Source: Candidatus Magasanikiibacteriota bacterium (lineage in GTDB: Bacteria > Patescibacteriota > Patescibacteriia > Magasanikbacterales > GWA2-37-8). Taken from it: 64,000 nt of DNA. The notes under the pieces are model-generated. The model was given only the letters and a program-made list of their open reading frames with translations, ran no database searches and was not told the DNA's origin. Positions 45,173 to 53,729 of this stretch are shown here, one piece after another (the stretch's first letter is position 1; every line of letters starts with the position of its first letter). The stretch lies in the NCBI GenBank assembly GCA_030650025.1, contig JAUSEN010000005.1, positions 3,631-67,630 of the forward strand, in the 5' to 3' direction. A program made the position numbers and the translations under genes.

Positions 45173-48058
45173 TTACCCCTGGCAAGATTCGCAGGACGGA
45201 TCGTCGATGGAGCAGACTTTGAGTTTCGCTATAACCGGAAGTGGTTTAGTGGTGGTGGCCATCGGAGGAGAAGAAGGGGCGGCAGAAGAGGCCGTTGGCT
45301 CGGAGGGAGAGGCTAAACCAGAAGTCACCGAGGCCGTGCTGACAGTGGCGCCGGCGGCCTCGGGCGCAAAGCGGCGGTGGTGGGTGGAACCGAATTCTTT
45401 GGTGCTAACCGTAGATTTTTCTACTTGAGAAGCGGCTAGGGTGCGCAAGTAGTAGGTGGTTTTAAGCCCCATTTCCCAAGCATAGGTGTAAACATCGGAC
45501 AGCTCTTTGCCAGAAGTGCTGCGGAAGAAGATGTTGAGGGACTGTGATTGATCAATCCATTTGGCGCGGTAGGCCGCGGCTTTAATTAGCCAGCGCGAGT
45601 CAATTTCAAATACCTCTTTATATTTAGCGCGAATGGGCTCGGGAATCTCGGAAATTTGCGCGATACTGCCATCGTGGTATTTGATTTTGCCGAGCATTTC
45701 ATAATCCCAGAGGTTAAGTTTTTTGAGATCCTCCACCAGATAGGCATTGATTACCACAAAATCGCCGGCCTGGTTGGATTTGACATAGAGATTTTTGTAA
45801 ATTGGCTCCACGGTTGGAACGCAACCAACGATGTTGGCGGTGGTGGCGGTCGGGGCTACGGCCAGGCAGTTAGAGTTGCGCAGGCCATAGAGCTTGACGG
45901 CTTGGCGGACTGGCGTCCAATCCATTTGGCCGCCCCGGGCGACATTGATGATCTCGCCGCGTTCTTTTTCTAAAAGATCAATGGTGTCTTGAGGGAAGAG
46001 GCCGCGGTCCCACTTACTGCCGCGATAAGATTCGTAGGCTCCCCGCTCGCGGGCGAGCTCGCTAGAGGCCAGGTAGGCGTAATAAGAAATGGTCTCCATG
46101 CTCGAGTCGGAGAAGGCCACGCAGGCTTCGGAATCAAAATTAATGCCCAGCTGGTAAAGAGCATCCTGAAAACCGCGGAGCCCGAGGCCCACGGGGCGGT
46201 GGCGAAGGTTAGAACGCTTCGAGTCCTCGGTGGGGTAATAGTTAATGTCAATAACATTATCTAGCATGCGCATGGCCACCGGTACCACTTCTTTAATCAG
46301 CTCCACGTCAAACTGACTGTTCGTCACAAACTTAGCGAGGTTAAGAGAGCCTAAGTTGCAAACCGCGGTTTCGTTTTCGCTGGTGTTCAAGGTAATCTCG
46401 GTGCAGAGGTTGGAGTTATGCACCACGCCTATATGATCTTGTGGGGAGCGAACATTGGCCGCGTCTTTAAAGGTAATCCAGGGGTGACCGGTTTCAAACA
46501 GCATGGCGAGCATCTTTTTCCAAAGGTCGCGGGCTTTGAGTTTTTTAAATAAAGCGATTTTGCCTTCGGCGGCGCGTTTTTCATACATAGCATAACGATC
46601 TTCAAAAGCGCGCCCATAGATATGGTGCAGGTCCGGGGTCTCCTCGGGGCTAAAGAGAGTCCAGTCGCCGTCTTCTTTGACGCGTTTCATAAAGAGGTCG
46701 GGGATCCAGTTAGCAGTATCCATATCGTGCGTCCGGCGGCGTTCATCACCGGTATTCTTGCGGAGCTCGAGAAAAGCCTCCACGTCATAGTGCCAGCATT
46801 CGAGGTAGACGCAGGCGGCGCCGCGGCGGCGGCCAGAACGGTTAATGGCCACGGTGACGTCATTGGCGATTTTGAGAAAAGGAATAACACCTTGGGATTC
46901 CACCCCCGTGCCTTTGATATAAGCGCCCGTACCGCGCAAATTGGTCCAGTCAGTGCCAATGCCGCCGCTCCACTTGGAAAGCTGGGCGTTGTCGGCATAG
47001 GTTTTGAAAATATTATCGAGCGAGTCCGAGACCGTGTTTAAGTAGCAAGAAGACAGTTGTGGCTTCGGCGTGCCAGCGTGGAATAGGGTGGGGGTGGAAG
47101 GAGTATACAAGAGCCGCGACATGATGCCATAAAACTGAATGGTTTTTTCGTGGCGATTTTCTTTTTCGAGGAGAGCCGAACCCATGGCAATGCGCATCCA
47201 AAAAGTTTGGGGTGTCTCTAAAACTAATTTAGTGGCCGTGTCACGCACAAAATAGCGGTCGTATAAAGTTTGGAGGCCCATATAGATAAACAGGTCGTCG
47301 CGTTCAATTACGAGTGCCGCCGCGAGCCGCTCTAAATCAAAAGCCAAGAGGCGCGGATCGAGGCGCTCGATTTCCACGCCGCGTTTGATGTTTTGGATAA
47401 AGGCCGCGCGGTATTGAGCGGCTAGTTTTTGCCAGTCAATTTTATCCGCGCCAATAAATTCTTTGTAGTTGGTGAAGAGGAGTAAGCGCGAGGCCACAGT
47501 GGCATAGGCCGGGTCTTGTTCAATCATGGTGCGGGCCGTCATGATAAGGGCGCGGTTAATGTCGCTGGTCGAAATGCCGTCGTAAAGTTCGGAGCGGCAC
47601 TGGGCGAGGATAATTTCGGCATCCACGGATGGTTCCAAACCGACCATCGCAAAGCTTAAGGCGTGGCGGAGTTTATCCATCGAGAACTGCTCGGTTTGGC
47701 CGTTAGCTTTTTTAACATTAATTTCATTCTTCTCAATTTTTTCGAGCAATTCTTTTTTCTTTTCCGCGCGGATCTTGGCGTGCTCATAGCGATAGAGGAT
47801 ATAAGTTTTGGCTACGTCGTAGTAGCCGTCTTGCATCAGTTGTTTTTCCACAAAATCCTGGACGTTTTCCACGCCGGGCGAGCGGTCGGTATAAATTGTT
47901 TCTAAATCCGCCAAGACGCTGTCAGTTAACAGTTTGATTTTTTCCGGGTCGAAATTTTTGCGGACATCAGAGAAGGCTTTGCCCACGGCGGTAATAATTT
48001 TTTGAGGATCAAAGTCAACGAGGGAACCATTGCGCTTTTTTATTTTAGTGATGGCCAT
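45173..48058 (-). CDS. nrdA: Ribonucleotide reductase class I large (R1) subunit with N-terminal ATP-cone(s)
   Basis: ATP-cone MAITKIKKRNGSLVDFDPQKIITAV. Catalytic-core motifs (NLCTEI, ...). C-terminal CxxC tail (CSIDDPSCESCQG). Confidence 0.9.
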   Translation of the reverse strand: MAITKIKKRNGSLVDFDPQKIITAVGKAFSDVRKNFDPEKIKLLTDSVLADLETIYTDRSPGVENVQDFVEKQLMQDGYYDVAKTYILYRYEHAKIRAEKKKELLEKIEKNEINVKKANGQTEQFSMDKLRHALSFAMVGLEPSVDAEIILAQCRSELYDGISTSDINRALIMTARTMIEQDPAYATVASRLLLFTNYKEFIGADKIDWQKLAAQYRAAFIQNIKRGVEIERLDPRLLAFDLERLAAALVIERDDLFIYMGLQTLYDRYFVRDTATKLVLETPQTFWMRIAMGSALLEKENRHEKTIQFYGIMSRLLYTPSTPTLFHAGTPKPQLSSCYLNTVSDSLDNIFKTYADNAQLSKWSGGIGTDWTNLRGTGAYIKGTGVESQGVIPFLKIANDVTVAINRSGRRRGAACVYLECWHYDVEAFLELRKNTGDERRRTHDMDTANWIPDLFMKRVKEDGDWTLFSPEETPDLHHIYGRAFEDRYAMYEKRAAEGKIALFKKLKARDLWKKMLAMLFETGHPWITFKDAANVRSPQDHIGVVHNSNLCTEITLNTSENETAVCNLGSLNLAKFVTNSQFDVELIKEVVPVAMRMLDNVIDINYYPTEDSKRSNLRHRPVGLGLRGFQDALYQLGINFDSEACVAFSDSSMETISYYAYLASSELARERGAYESYRGSKWDRGLFPQDTIDLLEKERGEIINVARGGQMDWTPVRQAVKLYGLRNSNCLAVAPTATTANIVGCVPTVEPIYKNLYVKSNQAGDFVVINAYLVEDLKKLNLWDYEMLGKIKYHDGSIAQISEIPEPIRAKYKEVFEIDSRWLIKAAAYRAKWIDQSQSLNIFFRSTSGKELSDVYTYAWEMGLKTTYYLRTLAASQVEKSTVSTKEFGSTHHRRFAPEAAGATVSTASVTSGLASPSEPTASSAAPSSPPMATTTKPLPVIAKLKVCSIDDPSCESCQG

Positions 48059-48203
48059 ATAAATTTGGCTTTAGAGAATAAGAGGCGCCGCTTTTAGCGG
48101 CACCTCTCTAAGTATAGCATACATTTCCAAATACTACATCTAGTGGGTTATCCACAGGTTTTTGTACTACCGGTAGTTTTTGGGTATTTTTAGAGTAATC
48201 AGG

Positions 48204-48914
48204 CTATTTTCCCAGGCGACGCTCAGTGTCGCCGTATTTTTTTATAATTGCTTGGAGCTCCAGGGCAGTAAAATCGGGGAATAGAGTGGGGGTAAAGGCC
48301 AGTTGGGCGTCTTTAGCCTCCCACAGCAGGAATCCTTCGGAAAAATGAGCAAACTCTGGCTCGGCCGCGGTGCGAATAACCAAGTCAACCGGAGGGAGCT
48401 CGTGAGTATAGAGCTGTTTTTTTAGACCTTCTTCAGTAATGGCCGTGGTGTTAGCGCTAGGAAGGCGCGTTAAGGCGCTGATGGCCTTTAGCATCTCAAT
48501 AATGCCGCTATAAGCTAGTAAAAAAGTAAGGTTAAATTCAGTAAAATTAGCAGTTTTTGAAATCAGCTCTCGTAAAATTTTTTGCAGGGAGGTCGGAAGA
48601 TATGTTTCCCACTCGCCAAATACGCGCACCCGAACCAGACTTTTAGAATTGTTAACTTCATTCAATAATTTGGTAAAGTATTCCTCAAAAAGGCCAAATA
48701 AAAAGTTCACCTCCGCGGAATCTCGCTTGGTAACATTGCGGACCGAGCAGCCCCAAAATGTTAAGTAAGGGACACCAGCTTCACGGGCCGCTTTAAAAAG
48801 AGTTTCGGCGCCTTCAATACCAGCTTTGTGTCCAAGCGATCCAATCAGGCCTTTGGCTTTGGCCCAGCGGCGGTTGCCGTCGGGGATAATGGCGATGTGG
48901 GTAGGGAGAGACAT
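48204..48914 (-). CDS. uppS: Undecaprenyl-diphosphate synthase (cis-prenyltransferase)
   Basis: HIAIIPDGNRRWAKAKG N-terminal motif and the C-terminal RxG region. Confidence 0.85.
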   Translation of the reverse strand: MSLPTHIAIIPDGNRRWAKAKGLIGSLGHKAGIEGAETLFKAAREAGVPYLTFWGCSVRNVTKRDSAEVNFLFGLFEEYFTKLLNEVNNSKSLVRVRVFGEWETYLPTSLQKILRELISKTANFTEFNLTFLLAYSGIIEMLKAISALTRLPSANTTAITEEGLKKQLYTHELPPVDLVIRTAAEPEFAHFSEGFLLWEAKDAQLAFTPTLFPDFTALELQAIIKKYGDTERRLGK

Positions 48915-48931
48915 AGAGTAGAAATATTATT

Positions 48932-48986
48932 TGGTGGACCCTGTCGGGCTCGAACCGACCACCTCCGCATTGCAAACGCGGCGCTC
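48932..48986 (-). pseudogene. 3' portion (D-stem 3' strand to CCA) of a split tRNA-Ala(UGC)-like gene
   Basis: Minus-strand reading GAGCGCCGCGTTTGCAATGCGGAGGTGGTCGGTTCGAGCCCGACAGGGTCCACCA: anticodon loop TTTGCAA, T-loop TTCGAGC, encoded CCA. The matching 5' piece GGGCCCTTAGCTCAT lies at 49443-49457, separated by ~456 bp. Confidence 0.55.
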
Positions 48987-49038
48987 CCGTGCACCACAAG
49001 GGTGCACGGCCATGAACCCTTGTGGTTCATGGTACCAG
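48983..49038. repeat. 56-nt double-hairpin direct repeat, copy 1 (copy 2 at 49387..49442)
   Basis: gctcccgtgcaccacaagggtgcacggccatgaacccttgtggttcatggtaccag. Hairpins ccgtgcacc/ggtgcacgg and catgaacc/ggttcatg. Copy 2 is identical except for one nt. Confidence 0.85.
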
Positions 49039-49110
49039 TGGACCTGAGGGGATTCGCACCCCTGACCTTCGCCTTGCAAAGGCGCCGCTCTACTACTGAG
49101 CTACAGGCCC
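49039..49110 (-). tRNA. tRNA-Ala (anticodon UGC)
   Basis: GGGCCTGTAGCTCAGTAGTAGAGCGGCGCCTTTGCAAGGCGAAGGTCAGGGGTGCGAATCCCCTCAGGTCCA. G3:U70 pair, anticodon loop TTTGCAA. Confidence 0.8.
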
Positions 49111-49111
49111 T

Positions 49112-49369
49112 TTATTTAGTTGACCTCAAGTATTCGTACAGCATTAATCGTAATGTTGTTTTGCCTTTGTTTGTTTTGAAATATTTTTCTCTCCTCTTGG
49201 CATCATGCTCGTGTAAAAAGGCCTCATAAAAAATAAGTTTGACCGGTAAAAATTTGCTTGTTGTTTTATCCCCACCCGCGGAGTGTTCTCTGACTCGGCG
49301 TTTAAGATCGGCTGAATAGCCCGTGTAAAATTGTTTATTGCACATCATTAATATGTAGGTATAAAACAT
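49112..49369 (-). CDS. Small GIY-YIG (YhbQ/UPF0213-like) nuclease, paralog of the 32236..32500 gene
   Basis: MFYTYILMMCNKQFYTGYSADLKRRVREHSAGGDKTTSKFLPVKLIFYEAFLHEHDAKRREKYFK aligns with the other GIY-YIG protein. The ORF-track N-terminus (to 49417) is encoded by repeat copy 2 and is probably not translated. The stop lies 1 nt from the tRNA-Ala 5' end. Confidence 0.6.
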   Translation of the reverse strand: MFYTYILMMCNKQFYTGYSADLKRRVREHSAGGDKTTSKFLPVKLIFYEAFLHEHDAKRREKYFKTNKGKTTLRLMLYEYLRSTK

Positions 49370-49386
49370 ATTTGCAGATATATATT

Positions 49387-49442
49387 GCTCCCGTGCACCA
49401 CAAGGGTGCACGGCCATGAACCCTTGTGGTTCATGGTTCCAG
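49387..49442. repeat. 56-nt double-hairpin direct repeat, copy 2
   Basis: gctcccgtgcaccacaagggtgcacggccatgaacccttgtggttcatggttccag. Confidence 0.85.
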
Positions 49443-49457
49443 ATGAGCTAAGGGCCC
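49443..49457 (-). pseudogene. 5' piece (acceptor 5' strand plus D-stem) of the split tRNA-Ala-like gene
   Basis: Minus-strand reading GGGCCCTTAGCTCAT. GGGCCCT pairs with AGGGTCC of the 48932-48986 piece, including G3:U70. Confidence 0.45.
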
Positions 49458-49602
49458 TGCTTCGCTAAAGCTTCGCAGGGTAAACCCCAGAAGCCCTGAC
49501 TTTAGTTGGTATAATTTATCAGCAATTAACAGAAAAGTCAATCAGTGCTATAATTTATTTGGAGGGAAGAAATAATTTATTTTAATTGATATAAACATAA
49601 AT

Positions 49603-50013
49603 ATGAATATAGAATTTATATTTTTGGGGCAGGTGCTTTTGGCGGCGGTACTCGGAGGGCTTTTGGGGTTCCAGCGCGAACGTTTAGGCAAGCCCGCGGG
49701 GCCACGGACATATGCTCTAGTCACAGCCGGGTCGGCCTTATTTACTATTTTGTCTATATATGGGTTTGGGCCGAATGATACGGCGCGAGTGGCCTCAAAT
49801 ATAGTCGTGGGAATGGGGTTTTTGGGAGCCGGCTTAATTTTTCAACGCGATGGCCACATTGATAATCTTACCACTGCCGCTGGGCTGTGGGCTTCGGCGG
49901 CGGTCGGGATGGCGGTCGGCACCGGGCATTATATTTTAGCGGTGGGCGGGGCGGTGATAATGTTGATTTTATTTGCCATTAACGACAGCAAGTTTCGAAA
50001 GCAAGAAAAATAA
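49603..50013 (+). CDS. MgtC/SapB-family membrane protein
   Basis: 136 aa. LLAAVLGGLLGFQRERLGKPAGPRTYALV is the MgtC-family N-terminal signature. Confidence 0.7.
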   Translation: MNIEFIFLGQVLLAAVLGGLLGFQRERLGKPAGPRTYALVTAGSALFTILSIYGFGPNDTARVASNIVVGMGFLGAGLIFQRDGHIDNLTTAAGLWASAAVGMAVGTGHYILAVGGAVIMLILFAINDSKFRKQEK

Positions 50014-50132
50014 TAAGTTTGGGTTTAAGCGGTATTCTATAAAATCAAAAAATCTCTTGTAAAAAAGAGGTTTTTTAATTTGTTTAAATTTTACAAATAA
50101 AATCGCCCCTCTCGACAGGCTCGAGGTCTTGT

Positions 50133-50654
50133 TTAATATTTTAAGTAGAAACGACCGAGCCAAAATAGCGCGGCCACCAGGACAAAATCAAAGTGGATGC
50201 GTTTGAGGAGGTTGAGGAAATATAAGATTATTACAAAGGGATAGCCAACGAGAATTAAAGGATTGCGCCAAACGCGCGAATTAGTGGTTTGGAGGAGGGA
50301 TTTGGCGTCGCCAGTTGAAGGAATGGCGTGCATGCCGATGGCAAACCCGAGCCAGAGGTAAAAATATGGTTGCCAAGAAGTAAATGGGGTTTTAACTTGA
50401 GAAAAGCAAAATAAAGTTATTAGAGAGTTGATGATGAGAGGCCCAAACGAAATTAAGACCGCTTGATAAAAATTGTGGGGTTCATCATGCACCACATAGC
50501 CGGCAGTTTTGCCAAATTGAAACAGCTTTATTTTGTGAATTTTTACGCCGGCGAGCAAACAAAAAACCAGGTGCCCAAACTCGTGGACCATAACGCCCGG
50601 CGCGGTAAAGAGAGAGTAGAAATAATACCAAGCCATAAATAATATTTTATTCAT
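50133..50654 (-). CDS. Polytopic membrane protein with an HEXXH motif (possible membrane metalloprotease-like protein)
   Basis: 173 aa. VMVHEFGHLVF sits in the first TM region. The start codon lies inside the inverted-repeat arm at 50653-50667. Confidence 0.45.
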   Translation of the reverse strand: MNKILFMAWYYFYSLFTAPGVMVHEFGHLVFCLLAGVKIHKIKLFQFGKTAGYVVHDEPHNFYQAVLISFGPLIINSLITLFCFSQVKTPFTSWQPYFYLWLGFAIGMHAIPSTGDAKSLLQTTNSRVWRNPLILVGYPFVIILYFLNLLKRIHFDFVLVAALFWLGRFYLKY

Positions 50655-50756
50655 AATGTCGTGAATACCCCCTCGCTTTTCTCGGCCCCCGCCCAGGGCG
50701 GGCTCGGGGCGACCCGCCTCGGGCGGGTCAAACCCGCTCGGGAATATTCACGACAT
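50653..50756. repeat. Approx. 105-bp palindromic element: 15-bp terminal inverted repeats flanking GC-rich internal hairpins
   Basis: ataatgtcgtgaata (50653-50667) ... cccgcccagggcggg ... gacccgcctcgggcgggtc ... tattcacgacattat (50742-50756). The arms overlap the start of the 50133..50654 gene and the last 8 codons of the 50728.. gene. Confidence 0.75.
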
Positions 50757-52047
50757 TATTTTTTGAGGCAATTACTAATCCAGCGATTATCCAAAATAAA
50801 AACGCTAGATCATTTTTAAAATAGGGCACGTCTATTAGGCCGTGAATTAAGATGGCGATGAGGCCAGCGCAAAGCGCGGCGGCGAAAATGTTTTGTTTAT
50901 TAGCGGCGCGCCAACTGTATTGTAGCAAAGTAAAGAGGAGTAGTAAAAAAGCGGTGGCTCCGAGGAGGCCAATTTCGCTCCAGAAGTTAAGCAAAATATT
51001 ATGGGGGTAAATAAGGCGCTCTAGTTCTGCGGGGTTATAGAGCGGTTTTTCGATCTTGCGAAAATATTGGCGGATGCCAGCGCCAAAAATAAAGTTTTTG
51101 GGAGTAGCGGTGAGAAAGGTGGCAGTGTGGCTCCAGAGTAATAACCGATTATTGCCAGAGCGGATTTTTGTGGAGAATTTAGCGCGCAAAGCCGAATTAT
51201 TTAACCCTAGGAAAGAAATGGCGATTATGACTAAAGCATAGACGAGGAGGTGTTTGAAAATTTTGGGGCGATTTTTAGAGTTTAAGAAAAACCAAACTGA
51301 TAAGCCAGCCACGAGGGCGATAGCGCCGCCATATGATTGGCTGAAGATAAGGGCAGCACAGCCAAGAATGAAGGCGAACAGAGTTAGGAAAAAATATTTT
51401 TTTTGGTTAGTTTGCTTAAAATTTTTAAGAAGTGAGAGGGAGAGCATTAAAATTGGAACAAGATATAAGGCGAGGGCATTGGGAGATGTAAAATAGCCGA
51501 CCGCGCGGCCGCGAGTGATGTCATCCCAAAGGCTCGGCGGGTAGAGATTGCCAGAAAGACTTTGGATAATGGCGACGATGCTAAGGGGAATGGTGGAAGT
51601 GAGAAGAGCGGCGACGATGTTTTTTGACATCTCCCCCGACTCCTCCTTGTTAGGAGGGGGGGCGAGGCGGCCGATTAACACCAAGCAAAACAACATGGGT
51701 TCGAGAAAATAGGCGCGCCACTGGCCGAGCGAGTACCACCACATGTCAGAAACAAAAATACCAGATATTGAAGCCAAAAAAAACACCGCTAGAGAAGCGG
51801 CAAAAAATTTGTTAGCCGAAAAGAATTGTTTAATCTTCGGCCAATCGGCGCGGGCGTATTTAATAAGCCAGACAAGAAAAATTATGCCAAAGCTTACTTC
51901 GAGGAGCGTGGTGGGCAGACCCACAATAGTAAAACGAATCAAATAACCGGGGAGAAGCAGGATAAAAATAAAAAGCGCGGAGCGAAAATTGCGCCAGGCG
52001 AGGTACGCAAGCAGTAAGCAGTAAGCAGTAAGCGCTAGGTAAGGCAT
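50728..52047 (-). CDS. O-antigen-ligase-like (Wzy_C-type) polytopic membrane protein, second paralog
   Basis: More than 10 TM segments with the IFGAGIRQYF motif region. Start chosen at MPYLALTAYCLLLAY (52047), which avoids overlap with the AbiEii gene; the ORF-track start is 52110. Confidence 0.55.
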   Translation of the reverse strand: MPYLALTAYCLLLAYLAWRNFRSALFIFILLLPGYLIRFTIVGLPTTLLEVSFGIIFLVWLIKYARADWPKIKQFFSANKFFAASLAVFFLASISGIFVSDMWWYSLGQWRAYFLEPMLFCLVLIGRLAPPPNKEESGEMSKNIVAALLTSTIPLSIVAIIQSLSGNLYPPSLWDDITRGRAVGYFTSPNALALYLVPILMLSLSLLKNFKQTNQKKYFFLTLFAFILGCAALIFSQSYGGAIALVAGLSVWFFLNSKNRPKIFKHLLVYALVIIAISFLGLNNSALRAKFSTKIRSGNNRLLLWSHTATFLTATPKNFIFGAGIRQYFRKIEKPLYNPAELERLIYPHNILLNFWSEIGLLGATAFLLLLFTLLQYSWRAANKQNIFAAALCAGLIAILIHGLIDVPYFKNDLAFLFWIIAGLVIASKNNVVNIPERV

Positions 52048-52066
52048 TTTTGAACAATTAATAAGA

Positions 52067-52819
52067 TTAAGATATTTCTTCAAAGGGTAAGTTTTTGATA
52101 AGGGTTTCAATGTCGCTGTCTTCTACCGGGCGTGAAAAATAGATTTGTCTCATTTCCGCCTCTTTCTGCGTGGCAATCACCAGCCAATTATTTTTGATGC
52201 TTGTTTTAGTAACCGGTCGGCGAATTTCTTTTTGTTTAATATAGCCAATGATTTCCGGCAGATTAATAGTAAAATCACGTAGCAGTGAAAATAAGTCATA
52301 AAAATCTCGGTAACGCGCCCGGTCGCTCATGGCGCGGATTTTTTCCGCCGCCACTTCTCTTATATCCATCACGTTTACCTCAAAATCAAGACCCCAGACA
52401 TTGCGGTATTTTTTCTTTTGGGGCGGGAGGAGGACGTTCTGCAAAAAATCTATGTCCACTTTTATGTAATTTGGCTGGACAAGCGGGCCGGTGTACTGCA
52501 AATTTTGAATTTTTATAGTCGCCCCGGATATATAGTCCCGTTTGATTTTTAAATAGTCTACCTCGGCAAACATGCCGCGCGCCTCCCCGAGCGTCAATGG
52601 TTTTTTGTCGGCGGAAAAATCCAAATCTTCGGAAAAACGGTATTGTTCAAGATAGCAATGGTGCAGGGCCGTTCCGCCTTTAAAGATTAGGCGCGCGCCG
52701 ACCGGGGACTCGGCGATGATTTGTAGAATTACGGCTAAAAAATAATCCTTCTCCGCAATCTGTAAAGGATACCTAAGCGTGCGGCGGTTGATAATTTCTA
52801 ATTGTTGTCTCGTAATCAT
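52067..52819 (-). CDS. abiEii: AbiEii/AbiGii-type nucleotidyltransferase toxin (DUF1814), type IV TA / abortive infection
   Basis: ARLIFKGGTALHHCYLEQYRFSEDLDFSAD is a nucleotidyltransferase motif. 250 aa, directly downstream of the AbiEi-like gene. Confidence 0.7.
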   Translation of the reverse strand: MITRQQLEIINRRTLRYPLQIAEKDYFLAVILQIIAESPVGARLIFKGGTALHHCYLEQYRFSEDLDFSADKKPLTLGEARGMFAEVDYLKIKRDYISGATIKIQNLQYTGPLVQPNYIKVDIDFLQNVLLPPQKKKYRNVWGLDFEVNVMDIREVAAEKIRAMSDRARYRDFYDLFSLLRDFTINLPEIIGYIKQKEIRRPVTKTSIKNNWLVIATQKEAEMRQIYFSRPVEDSDIETLIKNLPFEEIS

Positions 52820-52824
52820 AGGGG

Positions 52825-53607
52825 TTATAAAGTCGCGTACTTATTAAAGTACTCATCGTAATACAGCCGCCATTTAGCATTGAATTTTTTGGCGTTGGCC
52901 ACCATGCGATGGGCGCCATCTTGATTTTTTACCAACGTAAACAAATCAGAAGAGTCAATGCCGAGCAGATCAAATATAAATCCAAAAATCTTGACTGTGG
53001 TAGTGGAAAATTTTTTTAAGTGTTCAACGAGTGCGGCAAAGTCGATGTTGTTTTTGTATTCGCGCAATTTTTCAATTACCAGGTCGATCGCATAAACGCT
53101 CTTATGAAAGTTTACAATGTCAATCAGGGCCTTTTCGGCTGTGGCAACGCGCGCGGTTTTATTTTCTATCGCAACTTCTTGCCAGCCGAAATAATACGCC
53201 GCCTTAGTTTTGATGAAGCTGTATTCAATATCCTGTAATTTTGCCGTCTTGTATCGTTTGAGCGAGACTGAAACGACTTTGTTGGTAAGTTGATCGAACA
53301 TGCCATGATGATGGAGCGCCGACTCAAAGGAAACATAGGAATCCGCGTTCAGCAGGTTCGCGACAACATAGGAAGATAGCGACAAAAAGCCGCGGCCGCT
53401 AAGATCGGAAATCATGTACAACCCTTTTTTAATCCGGATAAGCCAGCCTTGCTTGGCAAGCGCGCTGATAAAATATTCCGTCTGTTTGTGGTTCAAAAGA
53501 TTACCGGTTTCGGCATAAATATTTTGAACACTGATGATTTGTCCATGCTTAATAATCAAGTTCTCCAATATTTCAGTATTTTTAGCAGAAATTTGAGTAT
53601 ATTTCAT
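52825..53607 (-). CDS. abiEi: AbiEi-type antitoxin/transcriptional regulator
   Basis: 260 aa. N-terminal wHTH-like region (ISVQNIYAETGNLLNHKQTEYFISALAKQGWLIRIKKGLYMIS). 5 nt upstream of abiEii. Confidence 0.6.
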   Translation of the reverse strand: MKYTQISAKNTEILENLIIKHGQIISVQNIYAETGNLLNHKQTEYFISALAKQGWLIRIKKGLYMISDLSGRGFLSLSSYVVANLLNADSYVSFESALHHHGMFDQLTNKVVSVSLKRYKTAKLQDIEYSFIKTKAAYYFGWQEVAIENKTARVATAEKALIDIVNFHKSVYAIDLVIEKLREYKNNIDFAALVEHLKKFSTTTVKIFGFIFDLLGIDSSDLFTLVKNQDGAHRMVANAKKFNAKWRLYYDEYFNKYATL

Positions 53608-53694
53608 ATATTCAAAACCTTAAATTATTAGGTATATCTATACATAGAATACACTAAAGTTTTGATATGGTCAATAGCCATTTGACATAGCCCC

Positions 53695-53723
53695 TTGACA
53701 AAACTCCTATTTTATGCTATACT
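53695..53723 (+). promoter_or_regulatory. Consensus sigma-70-like promoter (TTGACA, 17-nt spacer, TATACT) with no downstream plus-strand ORF
   Basis: ttgacaaaactcctattttatgctatact. Confidence 0.45.
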
Positions 53724-53729
53724 TTGCTG

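Noticed and set aside
48059-48203. NrdR box search upstream of nrdA
   Set aside because: No 16-bp NrdR-like palindrome (acaCwAtATaTwGtgt) is evident. Only the DnaA-box-like motif and an imperfect hairpin are seen.
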